Assembly: GCA_964494345.1 (NCBI GenBank)
Contig: CAZBSI010000003.1
Location: 165,888 to 229,887, forward strand
Reading direction: 5' to 3'
Length of the DNA stretch: 64,000 bases
DNA from: an uncultured bacterium
GTDB taxonomy: Bacteria > Armatimonadota > UBA5829
This document shows, piece by piece, positions 51,599-62,065 of this stretch; the stretch's first letter is position 1, and every line of letters starts with the position of its first letter. The notes beneath the pieces are model-generated. The model was not told the DNA's origin. It made no database searches and saw nothing but the letters and a program-made list of their open reading frames with translations. A program made the position numbers and the translations under genes.

Positions 51599-52264
51599 GT
51601 GAGCACTTCGAGACTTCCATTTTTAGACAGGCGGCAGGCCGGACAGGAATTGGCCGCATCTTTGGGACATCATCGTAACACGGATGCGGTGGCGCTTGCA
51701 GTTCCGCGTGGCGGCGTGGTGGTGGCTTATGAGGTGGCTGTCGCCCTTAATTTGCCACTGGATATCATCGTGGCACGAAAGATCGGCGCTCCCAATCAGC
51801 CGGAGCTTGCGATTGGCGCGGTGGCTAGCTGGGGTGATCACGACATAATAATTGACCAGGATTCTGTCAAATACCTGCACGTACCTGAACATTATATTGA
51901 ATCCGAAGCTGAGAAGCAATTGATCGAAGTGCAGAGGCGACTGGAAGCTTACAGGGGCAGCGCGGAGCCGCCGGATGTCGGAGGTCGCAGGGTGATTTTG
52001 ATCGATGACGGAATCGCGACGGGGTATACGATCAAGGCCGCAGCAGTGTCGCTTCGAAACCTGAATGTGTCATATCTCTGCCTGGCGGTGCCGGTTGCCC
52101 CGTCGGATTCGTTGGCTGCAATGGAGCAGTATGTGGACGAACTGGTCTGCCTGGGCACCCCTGATCCGTTTTTGGCGGTTGGTTATTGGTATGTCGATTT
52201 TTCACAAACCTCTGATGAGGAGGTAGTCGATATACTAAGCAAGGCCAGAAAACGACAGCTTTAA
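51599..52264 (+). CDS. Type I phosphoribosyltransferase-fold protein
   Basis: Contains the PRPP-binding motif VILIDDGIATGYT and the upstream AVPRGGVVVAYEVA. Its probable start is the GTG at 51599; the ORF track extends it to 51395. Confidence 0.6.
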   Translation: MSTSRLPFLDRRQAGQELAASLGHHRNTDAVALAVPRGGVVVAYEVAVALNLPLDIIVARKIGAPNQPELAIGAVASWGDHDIIIDQDSVKYLHVPEHYIESEAEKQLIEVQRRLEAYRGSAEPPDVGGRRVILIDDGIATGYTIKAAAVSLRNLNVSYLCLAVPVAPSDSLAAMEQYVDELVCLGTPDPFLAVGYWYVDFSQTSDEEVVDILSKARKRQL

Positions 52265-52282
52265 TTGCCAGGAAGGTTCGCC

Positions 52283-52924
52283 GTGCTATCACCATTTGAG
52301 AGTAGAGCGAAAGCGGGAAGGCGATTGGCGGAATTGCTGGTCGCGTATCAAGACAGCGATGCAGTTGTAATCGGTATCGCCAAGGCGGGCATACTCGTAG
52401 CGGCAGAGGCGGCAAAGGAGTTGCGATTGCCCTGGGGGTTTATCGTTACTCGCAGATTGCCTGTGCCGAGCAGCCCTAAAACAGACTTCGGAGCAATCGC
52501 ATCAGACGGGACAATAGCCCTGAACCACGAGATACTGCGTGGAATGGGCGGGCTGAGCAAAGCGCAAATAGAGTCTATAGCAAAAGAAACCGGCGCGAAA
52601 GCTGCGAAACAGGCCGATGCATACTCCCAGGTGCGACATACTCCTGAAATGCTGAACAGACCCGTGATCGTGGTCGATGATGGGTTGGCGAGCGGATACA
52701 CCATGCTGGCGGCCATAAAGTCCCTGCATCTTCACAATCCATCCCGCGTTATCGCTGCCGCCCCCGTATCATCCCGATCCGCAGCAGCGATGATCGAAGA
52801 AGCGGCGGATGAGCGCATATTCGCGATTATAAGCCCAGCCGTGCCTTTCGCGATTGCGGACTTTTATGTGCTATATCGCGTATTAACAGATGAGGATATA
52901 CTGCCAACTCTGAAATCAGGTTGA
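52283..52924 (+). CDS. Type I phosphoribosyltransferase-fold protein, a tandem paralog
   Basis: Contains VIVVDDGLASGYT and IGIAKAGILVAAEAA. An AGGAAGG RBS precedes the GTG at 52283. Confidence 0.6.
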   Translation: MLSPFESRAKAGRRLAELLVAYQDSDAVVIGIAKAGILVAAEAAKELRLPWGFIVTRRLPVPSSPKTDFGAIASDGTIALNHEILRGMGGLSKAQIESIAKETGAKAAKQADAYSQVRHTPEMLNRPVIVVDDGLASGYTMLAAIKSLHLHNPSRVIAAAPVSSRSAAAMIEEAADERIFAIISPAVPFAIADFYVLYRVLTDEDILPTLKSG

Positions 52925-52954
52925 CACCAGAACCTTCGCCGCCAGCAGGGTTAT

Positions 52955-55351
52955 TTATTTCTTCGGTTCGAGAGCTATTGCCAGCACCTGGCTGACGTCT
53001 TCGACGTATTCTATACGCATAGAGTCGCGAATGTCCTGCGGCACTTCCTCCTCGACATCCTTACGGTTCTCTTTTGGCACTATTATAGTCTCGACCCCTG
53101 CTCGACGCGCAGCCAGTATCTTCTCTTTCAGGCCGCCAACCGGCAGAACCTTGCCTCTGAGGGTGATCTCTCCGGTCATGGCCGTTCGCGGCTTGACCTT
53201 TCTGCCGCTAAGCAGCGAGGCTAAAGCTGTGAGCATCGTGACACCAGCGCTTGGCCCGTCTTTCGGTATCGCGCCGGCGGGCACGTGCAGGTGAATATCC
53301 GAATCTTTATAGAAATCCGGGTCTATGCCCAGCGCGTCGCTGTGGCTGCGCACGTAGCTTAGAGCAGCCTGGGCGGATTCTTTCATAACGTCGCCGAGCT
53401 GACCGGTGGTTAGAAGCTGTTTGCCGCCCTGCATTTTCGTCGCCTCCACGAACAGCACGCTGCCGCCAGTCGGAGTCCAGGCCAGGCCCACCGCAACTCC
53501 AGGCTCATCGGTTCGATCCGTGAGCTCCTCCTGTGAATATCTTGGCACACCGAGGTAGACGCCCACCTGTTTCGCCGACACTCTGACCGTGTCGGTTCTG
53601 CCTTCGGCCCACTCCCTGGCCACTTTTCTGCATATAGTTGCGATCTGCCGCTCAAGGTTGCGCACACCGGCCTCGCGGGTGTATCCTCGGATAATCCCAG
53701 CCAGCCCCGTCGCCAGAAATGTGATGTGTTTGCCTTTTTGCAGGCCGTGTTCGGTGAGCTGCTTCGGGACGAGGTGCCGTTTGGCTATTTCCAGCTTTTC
53801 CTCTTCGGTGTAGCCCGCGATCTCGAGAATCTCCATTCTGTCGCGCAGAGGCGGCAGGATGGTGTCGAGCACGTTCGCCGTAGTGATGAAAAGCACCTTG
53901 GAAAGGTCGAATGTAACCTCAAGATAGTGGTCTCTGAATGTGGAGTTCTGCTCCGGGTCCAGGACCTCAAGCAGCGCCGAGGACGGATCGCCGCGGAAAT
54001 CCGCGCCCACCTTGTCTATTTCATCCATCATAAAGACCGGATTATGCGACTCCGAACGCTTGATTCCCTGAATAATCTGACCGGGCAGCGCACCGATGTA
54101 AGTGCGCCGGTGGCCGCGTATCTCGGCCTCATCACGGACCCCGCCGAGGCTCATCCTGACGAATTTTCTGCCCAACGCGCGGGCTATCGACTTGCCGAGG
54201 GATGTCTTACCGACACCCGGAGGCCCGGCGAAGCATAGTATAGGATGCCGCATCTGGCCGGCTTCGCGGAACTTGCGCACGGACAAATATTCGAGGATCC
54301 TCTCCTTGACCTTATCCAAACCATAGTGGTCTTCGTTGAGGATCTTATGCACCTCGGGGATATCGAGGTTGTCCTCAGTGTAGGCGTTCCATGGCAGAGA
54401 TATGAGCGAGTCGATAAAGGTCCTTACGACCGTGTATTCCGGTGCGCCCGGAGACATGTGCCTGAGCCGATCAAGCTCGCGCATAGCCTCTTTTTCGGCT
54501 TCTTCGGTCATTTTCGCATCGACAATTTTCTGTCGCAGTTCCTCGACTTCCGCCGTGCGTTCGTCACCTTCGCCTAATTCGCGCTGGATCGCCTTTAATT
54601 GCTCGCGCAGATAGTAGTCTCTTTGGGTTTTGCCCATTTCCGAATGGACCTGTGACTGTATTTTGCTGCCGAGTTCGAGGACTTCGACCTCACGGACGAG
54701 AATAGACAGCAGCGCCCGGAGTCGTTCTCTTATGCCCGGCATCTCCAACAACGCCTGTTTTTCGGGAATGGATATCGGTAAATGCAGGGCGACCGTGTCG
54801 GCGAGCACCCCCGGTTTCATTATCGAGGTTGCGATGCTCTGCAGCTCATCGGGCAGCCCGGAGGACAGACTGACCACCTTCTGAAAGTGCTCCGCCACAT
54901 TGCGACGCAGGGCTTCGATCTCTACCTTTTCTTCCTCAGTCCAATCGGCGACCTCCGGAATCTCCTCGATCTTAACCCTCAGATAAGGTTCAGTCTGGAT
55001 GCACTCCTTAATGCGAATTCGCTTCAGCCCCTGTATAATCAGCCTCTGGTGTTCCGGCAGCCTCAGCATAGTATGTATAGCGGCCGCCACGCCGATGGGG
55101 TACACGTCGTCGATACCGGGAGCTTCGATATTGGGGTCCTTTAACGTAGACAAGGCGATAATGCGCGAATCGCTGACCACCGCATCGTCCACGAGCTTCA
55201 TCGAGCTTTCCCTCGACACGATAAGCGGCATCACCACCATCGGGAAAAGCACCGTATCCTTGATCGGCAACAGACTCAATTCCTCAGGTATGACCACATT
55301 GCGATCTACCGTTGTGAAATCCGTCTTTTCCGCTCCGACTTCTATATCCAT
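52955..55351 (-). CDS. lon: ATP-dependent protease Lon
   Basis: Has Walker A GPPGVGKTSLGKSIA, a Lon N-terminal domain and the proteolytic serine motif PKDGPSAG. It is 798 aa. Confidence 0.9.
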   Translation of the reverse strand: MDIEVGAEKTDFTTVDRNVVIPEELSLLPIKDTVLFPMVVMPLIVSRESSMKLVDDAVVSDSRIIALSTLKDPNIEAPGIDDVYPIGVAAAIHTMLRLPEHQRLIIQGLKRIRIKECIQTEPYLRVKIEEIPEVADWTEEEKVEIEALRRNVAEHFQKVVSLSSGLPDELQSIATSIMKPGVLADTVALHLPISIPEKQALLEMPGIRERLRALLSILVREVEVLELGSKIQSQVHSEMGKTQRDYYLREQLKAIQRELGEGDERTAEVEELRQKIVDAKMTEEAEKEAMRELDRLRHMSPGAPEYTVVRTFIDSLISLPWNAYTEDNLDIPEVHKILNEDHYGLDKVKERILEYLSVRKFREAGQMRHPILCFAGPPGVGKTSLGKSIARALGRKFVRMSLGGVRDEAEIRGHRRTYIGALPGQIIQGIKRSESHNPVFMMDEIDKVGADFRGDPSSALLEVLDPEQNSTFRDHYLEVTFDLSKVLFITTANVLDTILPPLRDRMEILEIAGYTEEEKLEIAKRHLVPKQLTEHGLQKGKHITFLATGLAGIIRGYTREAGVRNLERQIATICRKVAREWAEGRTDTVRVSAKQVGVYLGVPRYSQEELTDRTDEPGVAVGLAWTPTGGSVLFVEATKMQGGKQLLTTGQLGDVMKESAQAALSYVRSHSDALGIDPDFYKDSDIHLHVPAGAIPKDGPSAGVTMLTALASLLSGRKVKPRTAMTGEITLRGKVLPVGGLKEKILAARRAGVETIIVPKENRKDVEEEVPQDIRDSMRIEYVEDVSQVLAIALEPKK

Positions 55352-55367
55352 TCGTCTCCTCTAGCGT

Positions 55368-55820
55368 CTATTCTATATCTATAGACCGCGCTTCCCGCGC
55401 AGGCTGTCTCTTAGGCAGCACCACCTTCAGGAATCCATCTTTATAAGTGGCGCTGAGATTGTCTCTTTGCAACGGGATGTCCGGCGGCAGTGCGATGACG
55501 CGCTCGAATGGGCCATAATAGACTTCCAGTTGATAATAGCGTATGCGTTCCGCCCTGTCTTCATCTTGTTCGATGCGCAGCCCCCGCATTGTCAGAAACC
55601 TGTTATCGGCAGAAATTGTCAGCTCAATCTGATCCGGCGCCAGCCCTGCGGCGCAGACTTTTACGATAACGTCATCTGCCGTCTCATAGACATCGACACG
55701 CGGAGTCCAGAGTTCCCCCGCCATCCCGGAGACCCGGAACACCTGCAAAAGCACGTCGTCTGAGACTCGCCGCATTTCCCTTTCGAGTTCTTCGAGCATT
55801 TCATCATAAGATTTGAACAT
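55368..55820 (-). CDS. Hsp20/alpha-crystallin family small heat-shock protein
   Basis: Has an alpha-crystallin domain (LTISADNRFLTMRGLR...YGPFERVIALPPDI...ATYKDGFLKVVLPK). The start is M of MFKSYDE. Confidence 0.8.
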   Translation of the reverse strand: MFKSYDEMLEELEREMRRVSDDVLLQVFRVSGMAGELWTPRVDVYETADDVIVKVCAAGLAPDQIELTISADNRFLTMRGLRIEQDEDRAERIRYYQLEVYYGPFERVIALPPDIPLQRDNLSATYKDGFLKVVLPKRQPAREARSIDIE

Positions 55821-55942
55821 CCAGGCCACCACCTCGCCGGAACAATCAGCGGTACTACCCCGCTTGCTTCGGCGATATTGTAACATTCTGACAAGCATCA
55901 GTCTAGCTGGAAGCAAGAATTTGAAAGCAGATGGGCAGCGGT

Positions 55943-58384
55943 CTATTCAGCCTCTGCGTGCGCAGCTACAAGCTGATCGTCCTCTGTAAATTCCCCGGTT
56001 CCGATCGGCTTTCCCATCACCACTTTTACCTGGTGCGTCGTAGCCGCCGGGAATACAGGCAGCAAATGTGAAGGCTGCCGCTCGCCATCGACCCATACCT
56101 CGCGTATCCCCTGCGAAACGTGGTCGGGATTATGGACCTCAATCTCATAGGTCGCCTTGCGGAAACGGCGGGTGACAGTAAACGAGTCCCACTCAGGAGG
56201 AATACACGGATCGACGAGCAATCCCCGAATCTCCGCTCTAACCCCTAATATCCAGTCCATACAGACCTTCCACATCCAACTCGCCGTACCCGTCGTCCAA
56301 CTGAACTCACCCTGGCCGAAGTAGTGGGAATCAGGGCCGTGGACATATTCCGAATATACATAAGGCTCGACTTTGTAGACTTCCGGCTCCATACCCCTGT
56401 GGATAAACGAGACCTTTTTCCAATACTCATAAGCCTCAGCGCCCCTGCCCAGCACGCACTCGGCCATAATCACCCAGCACGTCGGGTGGCAAAAGATGGT
56501 GCCATTCTCCTTTGTGCCAGGCGCAAAACGGGATATAATGCCGATTTTAGGATCTGGCTCGTGATAAGCGGGCAAGAACAGCGCAGGGCCGTAGTCGGTG
56601 TCGAGGTATTTTTTGACCGCATCCATGCACTTGATGGCTCGTTTTCTTGGGGCCGCGCTCCCCATCACCAGCCACGATTGGGCGTTTATATATATGCGAC
56701 CCTCTATGTTGCGGGAAGACCCGAACGCCTCGCCGTCGTCACGAGTGCCGCGAATATACCAGTCACCATCCCACAGGTTTTGATTGATACTGCGGATCAG
56801 CTTGTCACGCTCCTCTATATAACGATCCGCAAGGGAATCGCTGCCGATGAACCACATCAGCGCGGCCGTCTCTTTAAGCATCCACGCCAGTTGCGCCGCG
56901 ACCATAGTGCTCTCTCCCCTGCCCTGCCGACCGACGTAATCCAGCCCGTCGTTCCAGTCGGCCGCCATTATAAGGGGGATGCCGCGATCGCTCATATGCG
57001 CCAGCGTGTAGTCTAAAGCCCTGACCAGATGCTGCCGCACCGTCTCGGAGCCACTGTCGTAGTAGCGCACGGATTCATCGAGAAAGACTAAATCCCCAGT
57101 CTCTTTGAAGTATTCGATCACGCCCTGCACCAGCCACATTGGGTCGTCGGAATGGCCTGTTTTCACCCCGATGTCCGTAAGCGGGTCCCAGTTGTGCAGG
57201 GTGCTGCCGTCCTGGAACTGGTGTTCGAGCAAATATCGCACGCGCTCGCGCGCCCAATCGGTGTCGTTTGGGAGAATGGCGAGCATATCCTGCCAACTGT
57301 CGCGCCATCCGATGATCGACCCCCCGCCGATGTAGTATGAGTCCATTCTGCTCCATCGCGAAGTGACCCAGGCCTGGTATTTATTCCAGATATTTACAGA
57401 CAGATTGAACTCGTTGCCTGGAGTGTCGACCAGCGTCCGATCGAGATAATACTCCCAGTAGTTGTGCACCTCATCAAGGCCGCGCTGAGCCTCTTCCCAA
57501 CTGTCGTATCTGCGCTTTAGGGATAACGCCTCTTCCGTTCTATGGACAACGCCCACCAGGACAATGAATTGCACTTCTTCGCCTGCGGGAATCTCGAAAC
57601 TATGCTGCAATGCGGCCATGATATCTCTACCGCAGCCCTGTGTATTACGAAGTTTGCCGTCCTCAATAGCCTGAGGCTTATGCAGGCCGCGATACATCCC
57701 CATAAACTCCTCGTCGAAACAGTCGAAGCCCTCGACCGGAGCGCTGGAGGTCATAAAGGCCCATTTATCCCATCTCGCGTTTGGGTTGCCCGTCACCGAA
57801 CCGCTGGTGATGTTCCAGAACCGGGTGGTGGCGAATATGGTATCCTGTTCAACCGACGCCTCGTTGAACAGCACGGAGAAATTTGCTTCGACGGCGTTGT
57901 AGGCGTAGTTGGCAAGGTCCCACTTGACGTAAGGGAACGCCTGGATGCGACGGGGCTTATCCGACGCATTTTTTAGCGTGACCATCCAGACTTCGCAATC
58001 ATCCCTGGGCGGCACGTAATATGTGATAGAGCTATCTATCCCATGAGAAGAGTAGCTGACTTTGGTGTATCCCATGCCGTGGCGCGCTTCGAAGTTGGAG
58101 ATATCCTCGCACATCGGCTGCCAATTAGCGCTCCAGTATTCCCCGGTGTCCGCGTCCCGCAGGAAAATATAGCGCCCTGGCCTGTCTTGCAGCAGCACCA
58201 GGGGGGCGTATTCGCGGGTTATGCGGTTGTAGCCGGAGGTCTCGAAAAACGAGTGCCCCCCACCCGTCTGCGAACAAATCGCACAGTAGCGGCCATTGGT
58301 GAGATAGTTGACCCACGGCCGAGGCGTATCCGGACGGGTAATGATATATTCTCGCCCATCACTGGAAAACTGACCGTAGCTCAT
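55943..58384 (-). CDS. GH94 glycoside phosphorylase (cellobiose/chitobiose phosphorylase-like)
   Basis: The N-terminus REYIITRPDTPRPWVNYLTNG and the C-terminal KKYLDTDYGP, KENGTIFCHP and HNPDHVSQGI blocks match GH94 enzymes. It is 813 aa. Confidence 0.8.
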   Translation of the reverse strand: MSYGQFSSDGREYIITRPDTPRPWVNYLTNGRYCAICSQTGGGHSFFETSGYNRITREYAPLVLLQDRPGRYIFLRDADTGEYWSANWQPMCEDISNFEARHGMGYTKVSYSSHGIDSSITYYVPPRDDCEVWMVTLKNASDKPRRIQAFPYVKWDLANYAYNAVEANFSVLFNEASVEQDTIFATTRFWNITSGSVTGNPNARWDKWAFMTSSAPVEGFDCFDEEFMGMYRGLHKPQAIEDGKLRNTQGCGRDIMAALQHSFEIPAGEEVQFIVLVGVVHRTEEALSLKRRYDSWEEAQRGLDEVHNYWEYYLDRTLVDTPGNEFNLSVNIWNKYQAWVTSRWSRMDSYYIGGGSIIGWRDSWQDMLAILPNDTDWARERVRYLLEHQFQDGSTLHNWDPLTDIGVKTGHSDDPMWLVQGVIEYFKETGDLVFLDESVRYYDSGSETVRQHLVRALDYTLAHMSDRGIPLIMAADWNDGLDYVGRQGRGESTMVAAQLAWMLKETAALMWFIGSDSLADRYIEERDKLIRSINQNLWDGDWYIRGTRDDGEAFGSSRNIEGRIYINAQSWLVMGSAAPRKRAIKCMDAVKKYLDTDYGPALFLPAYHEPDPKIGIISRFAPGTKENGTIFCHPTCWVIMAECVLGRGAEAYEYWKKVSFIHRGMEPEVYKVEPYVYSEYVHGPDSHYFGQGEFSWTTGTASWMWKVCMDWILGVRAEIRGLLVDPCIPPEWDSFTVTRRFRKATYEIEVHNPDHVSQGIREVWVDGERQPSHLLPVFPAATTHQVKVVMGKPIGTGEFTEDDQLVAAHAEAE

Positions 58385-58611
58385 TTGGGGGCCTCTTTTA
58401 CCTGTAGTTCGTCTGCGACGACGTGGCGTACGCCAGGCGTGCCGCGTGCTACAAGAATGGCCATCTCCCGCTGGTCATCTTTGTCGACAATACCCTTTAA
58501 AAATACTTCGCCCTTAGCTACGCGGACCACAATCGCCTGGCCTGAAATGCGCCTGTCTGCGGCTATCGCGTTTTGGACCATTAATGTGATGGCTTCGTCC
58601 TGCACGCTCAC
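58381..58611 (-). CDS. BON-domain protein
   Basis: A 76-aa protein with the pattern LKGIVDKDDQREMAILVARGTPGVRHVVADELQV. Its stop overlaps the GH94 start. Confidence 0.5.
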   Translation of the reverse strand: MSVQDEAITLMVQNAIAADRRISGQAIVVRVAKGEVFLKGIVDKDDQREMAILVARGTPGVRHVVADELQVKEAPK

Positions 58612-58700
58612 TCGTCGCCTCCGCTGGCTTTGTTGACCATTATTTACCCGTCACACTAAGACCCAAACAGTAAATATGAGGTCGATTGGCGCAAGGTGAT

Positions 58701-59102
58701 TCAGGGGCAGATGTTTGCGGAGGATTGCTGGACGACAATAGTTCGCCCGCCCGGTCGATCCCAGCGCTTCCAGCCGACGATTTGATTGTTGGTTTGGTCG
58801 ACCCAAACCGCTATCCAGGGATAGCGTCGATTTGAAGGCTTGAGGCGGATGGCCCAGGTAAGGCTATTGTTGACTCTCGACTGTCCTGCCAAAACCGGAG
58901 TGCAGCCATTGCGCAGTTGGTCTCCGATAAGGTCAGGCGGAATATCGGGGTTATCCCGGCTCAATTCATTTGCTTTTTCGAGGATGTCCCGCACTGGTAT
59001 GTTTGTGGCAGGACGAGGGGCGAACACCATACCCAGTATGAGCAAGACAAGTACTGCTAATGCTCCGCAATACTTATATTTGGATGTGGTGTTATTTTGC
59101 AT
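58701..59102 (-). CDS. Hypothetical secreted protein
   Basis: An ATG at 59102 is followed by a hydrophobic signal-like segment YCGALAVLVLLILGMVFA. It has no recognisable domain. The ORF track's longer version overlaps the upstream gene. Confidence 0.35.
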   Translation of the reverse strand: MQNNTTSKYKYCGALAVLVLLILGMVFAPRPATNIPVRDILEKANELSRDNPDIPPDLIGDQLRNGCTPVLAGQSRVNNSLTWAIRLKPSNRRYPWIAVWVDQTNNQIVGWKRWDRPGGRTIVVQQSSANICP

Positions 59103-59113
59103 TAAGACATTTT

Positions 59114-59971
59114 TTACAGATATGGGAATATGGCTTCGATTACCATCGCGGCAGGCACTCTCTCGAAGATAGCCAGGTGCGGTTTCAGGGTGAGCACTTC
59201 CTGAGTCGGTCTCGGCTCCGATATTCGGCGCACATTGAAACCGCGAGCGCTCAAAGCATTGACATAAGTCGACAAGGTGCGATGCTTGACCCTGTTTCTC
59301 TCCTTTACCGGCCCAGCAAGGTCGGAAAGCCACCAGCGCTCGGCGTAGTAGTTGTCGACTGCCTCATAGAGCATCCTGCCGTCAGGGTCCTTTATCCAAC
59401 AGGCATCCGGCATGCTGAAACACGGATGGGCTATCGAGAAGATAAACCTTCCGCCCAGCTTGACCAGCCTCGCCAGCGCCGCTACGGTACCGGCCAGATC
59501 GCGAGTGTTGGTGAGACTCATATTGCAGACGATATCGTCGAACATGCTGTCTTCTATTACGGATAAATCGTTGGCTTCGGCGACCGCGTATTGTATGGTG
59601 CAGCGTTCTCTGGAGTTGATCTCCCTTGCGATGCCAACCAATCTGTCGGAGTTGTCGACTGCGGTTACATTAGCGCCAAGCGCTGCGAGGCGGCGCGAGA
59701 AATAACCGGCTCCGCAATATAGATCGAGAATCTCCTTGCCGGTAGCGGCCCCTATCATTTCGAGCATCGCGGGAGCCACTATGTAACGCTGTACATCCCC
59801 GCCGCTCTCGCCGGCGTACGAGGCTATGCCGTCCGCGATCTGTTCGTACGTAGACGCTTCGTGACTCATTGAGGTATTCTGCTTTCCCATTTGTGGGATC
59901 AACCGAGGAGGCTGATCCGTTTGTATTGCTTTGACGCGATTGTTGGACGCATTGTTCCGGTAATGGCGCAA
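59114..59971 (-). CDS. Class I SAM-dependent methyltransferase
   Basis: Motif I reads ILDLYCGAGYFSRRL. A later acidic residue follows (VTAVDNS). The start is ambiguous, with candidate M residues at 59971, 59890 and 59869. Confidence 0.6.
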   Translation of the reverse strand: MRHYRNNASNNRVKAIQTDQPPRLIPQMGKQNTSMSHEASTYEQIADGIASYAGESGGDVQRYIVAPAMLEMIGAATGKEILDLYCGAGYFSRRLAALGANVTAVDNSDRLVGIAREINSRERCTIQYAVAEANDLSVIEDSMFDDIVCNMSLTNTRDLAGTVAALARLVKLGGRFIFSIAHPCFSMPDACWIKDPDGRMLYEAVDNYYAERWWLSDLAGPVKERNRVKHRTLSTYVNALSARGFNVRRISEPRPTQEVLTLKPHLAIFERVPAAMVIEAIFPYL

Positions 59972-60035
59972 TGGCCCAACAGGTATGTTATTCCGTAAAA
60001 TCCATCATGTCAACTGATGAGTGTTAAATCCGTTG

Positions 60036-60593
60036 TCAGGATCCCATATCTGGTAAGTTGAATCTGGACAAAAGTTCCCTCCACGCTTCAGGGCAGGTCG
60101 GGTGCATAAAATAGGGCTTGAAGCCGAAGTCCAGATATAATTTGACGGCCTTCCACCTGAAGGTCTGGGTGCCCAGAACTGCGCAGTCGTGGGATTCCGC
60201 CATTCTATTGAGTACTGCAGTGATGAGCGGTTTTGCGAGGCCTTTGCCCTGATACTCGGGGATAATCGCCACCCAGTGAACTCTGCCGCAGAGCTCTCCG
60301 TTAAAATCCGGGTCGAACCAGGCCATTGCTGTGCCGACTGCGTGAGACGTGGTGTCGTCGATGATGAAGAAACACCTGCTCTCCATCTCGTCTATCTGGA
60401 AGGCGAACTCAGCGTCGAACCTCGCCATTCCCTCATCAAAGGAGCCAAACCCACCCGCGTCAGCTCCGATTTGCGCCCATAGTTCCCCTTCGCCACGCCT
60501 GAAATTGCGTATCGAGAATCCCGCAGGCAATTGGTGCTGGGGGATAAGGTCCAGGTTGTCGCGGAACATAGTTATGGGAATAATGTTGTGCAT
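60036..60593 (-). CDS. GNAT-family N-acetyltransferase
   Basis: The acetyl-CoA binding region reads VHWVAIIPEYQGKGLAKPLITAV. The start is probably M of MHNIIP. Confidence 0.6.
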   Translation of the reverse strand: MHNIIPITMFRDNLDLIPQHQLPAGFSIRNFRRGEGELWAQIGADAGGFGSFDEGMARFDAEFAFQIDEMESRCFFIIDDTTSHAVGTAMAWFDPDFNGELCGRVHWVAIIPEYQGKGLAKPLITAVLNRMAESHDCAVLGTQTFRWKAVKLYLDFGFKPYFMHPTCPEAWRELLSRFNLPDMGS

Positions 60594-60648
60594 GGTTATA
60601 TGATAGCATATTGCGCATCTCGCGCTGACCATGTTTGGCGATTTGTTA

Positions 60649-62022
60649 TTAATTCTGCAGAGGTTGTCCGATGGCGTGAGCCAGGGCAGCTCTGGCCTGG
60701 TCTACTGAGAACCTGGCGTTTACTCTGTTGCTGTCCGCTTTGATGAATGCAGTCTGGGCGTCGAGCACATCCAGAAACGTCCCTAACCCGGCTTTGTAGC
60801 GACCCTCAACCAACCTTAACGCCTCTAAAGCATTAGCCACTTCGGCTTCTGATGTGGTCACCCGCTGCTCCGCTGTTTTGAGGTTCAGGTAGGCTTGTGA
60901 GACGTCGGAGGTTACTGACAGTTTTGTGGATTCCAAATCGGCCTGCGCGGCCAGCAATGCGCCACGCGCCTCTTCTATACGTCCCGCTGTTAAACCAGAA
61001 TCGAACGGCGTCCACTGCATGGCAATTCCATAAGTGACGGTATCGTTGCCTGGTGGAAAACCCGCGCCTCTTTGCAGCCAGCCGGTGTTGGCGGAAATAG
61101 CGGGGGAGTTGGATGTCCTGGCCGCGCTCACGGAGTAGCCGGCTGCTGACAGGTTGGCCTGAGCCTGAGCCATTTCAGGTCGAGCCTTCAGCGCCTGTTG
61201 AGTCAAAGCCGCAGGGTCGTCGCTGGAGATTTCAGGCTCGTTGGCATCCTGTGGGATTATAGGGGTGCGAGGGTCTATTCCCATTAGTTCAGCAAGAGAT
61301 ACCCCCGCGACCGAAGCCGCATTGCGGGCAAGATTCAGACTGAATATGGCGTCCGCAACGGCCGTTTGAGCGCGAACTACATCTGCAGGCAAGCCAACAC
61401 CCGCATCAAGCCGAGCCTGTGCTAACGCGAGATGGCTCTGTGCGTTCTGCACATTTGCTTCGTTCACCTTGACCAACTGCAGGCTCTGGGCATAAATATA
61501 AAACGCCTGTTTTACTCGCAGCACGGTGTCGGATTCTACCCTGGTCATATTCGCATTAGCAGCGCACAGTCTCTGAGATGCCTGCCTGGCCAGGTCTCGG
61601 GTGTGATTAAAGTCGAAGATAAGCTGCCTGATGTTGGCGGTCAATTGATATCCCGAAGCGGTGCCGCTGCCCGGCACGATTCCTACCGGAGATAGCGCAA
61701 CACTGGTGTAGCTGCCGGAGGCCGCAAGGCTCGGCAGGAGCGCGGATTTAGCACGACTCTTGCCACCTTCCGCTATCATAACCCCTGCCCTGGCTGACGT
61801 CACACTCGGTTGGTGATTGAGGGCGATGCGGGCTGCCTCATCGGCTGTCAGCGGCCGATTCGGCACATCCGACGGTATTTGCTCCGGCTCAGGCAGAGTA
61901 ATCTGGGGCGGAAGCGGAGTCGGCTGGATTTTGGGCTGAACCGGCGGAGTCTGCTGCGCAAAGGCGCCCGTTGAATATATAATCACTACGATTGCTGCAA
62001 ATAGAAGTCGAAATCGCACCAT
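60649..62022 (-). CDS. TolC-family outer-membrane efflux protein
   Basis: Has a signal peptide MVRFRLLFAAIVVIIYSTGAFAQQ and OEP repeats. It lies downstream of the marR and RND genes. Confidence 0.75.
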   Translation of the reverse strand: MVRFRLLFAAIVVIIYSTGAFAQQTPPVQPKIQPTPLPPQITLPEPEQIPSDVPNRPLTADEAARIALNHQPSVTSARAGVMIAEGGKSRAKSALLPSLAASGSYTSVALSPVGIVPGSGTASGYQLTANIRQLIFDFNHTRDLARQASQRLCAANANMTRVESDTVLRVKQAFYIYAQSLQLVKVNEANVQNAQSHLALAQARLDAGVGLPADVVRAQTAVADAIFSLNLARNAASVAGVSLAELMGIDPRTPIIPQDANEPEISSDDPAALTQQALKARPEMAQAQANLSAAGYSVSAARTSNSPAISANTGWLQRGAGFPPGNDTVTYGIAMQWTPFDSGLTAGRIEEARGALLAAQADLESTKLSVTSDVSQAYLNLKTAEQRVTTSEAEVANALEALRLVEGRYKAGLGTFLDVLDAQTAFIKADSNRVNARFSVDQARAALAHAIGQPLQN

Positions 62023-62065
62023 TTCTTCCTTTCAGATAACCTGCGATTGGCTGTTGGCATTTCTA

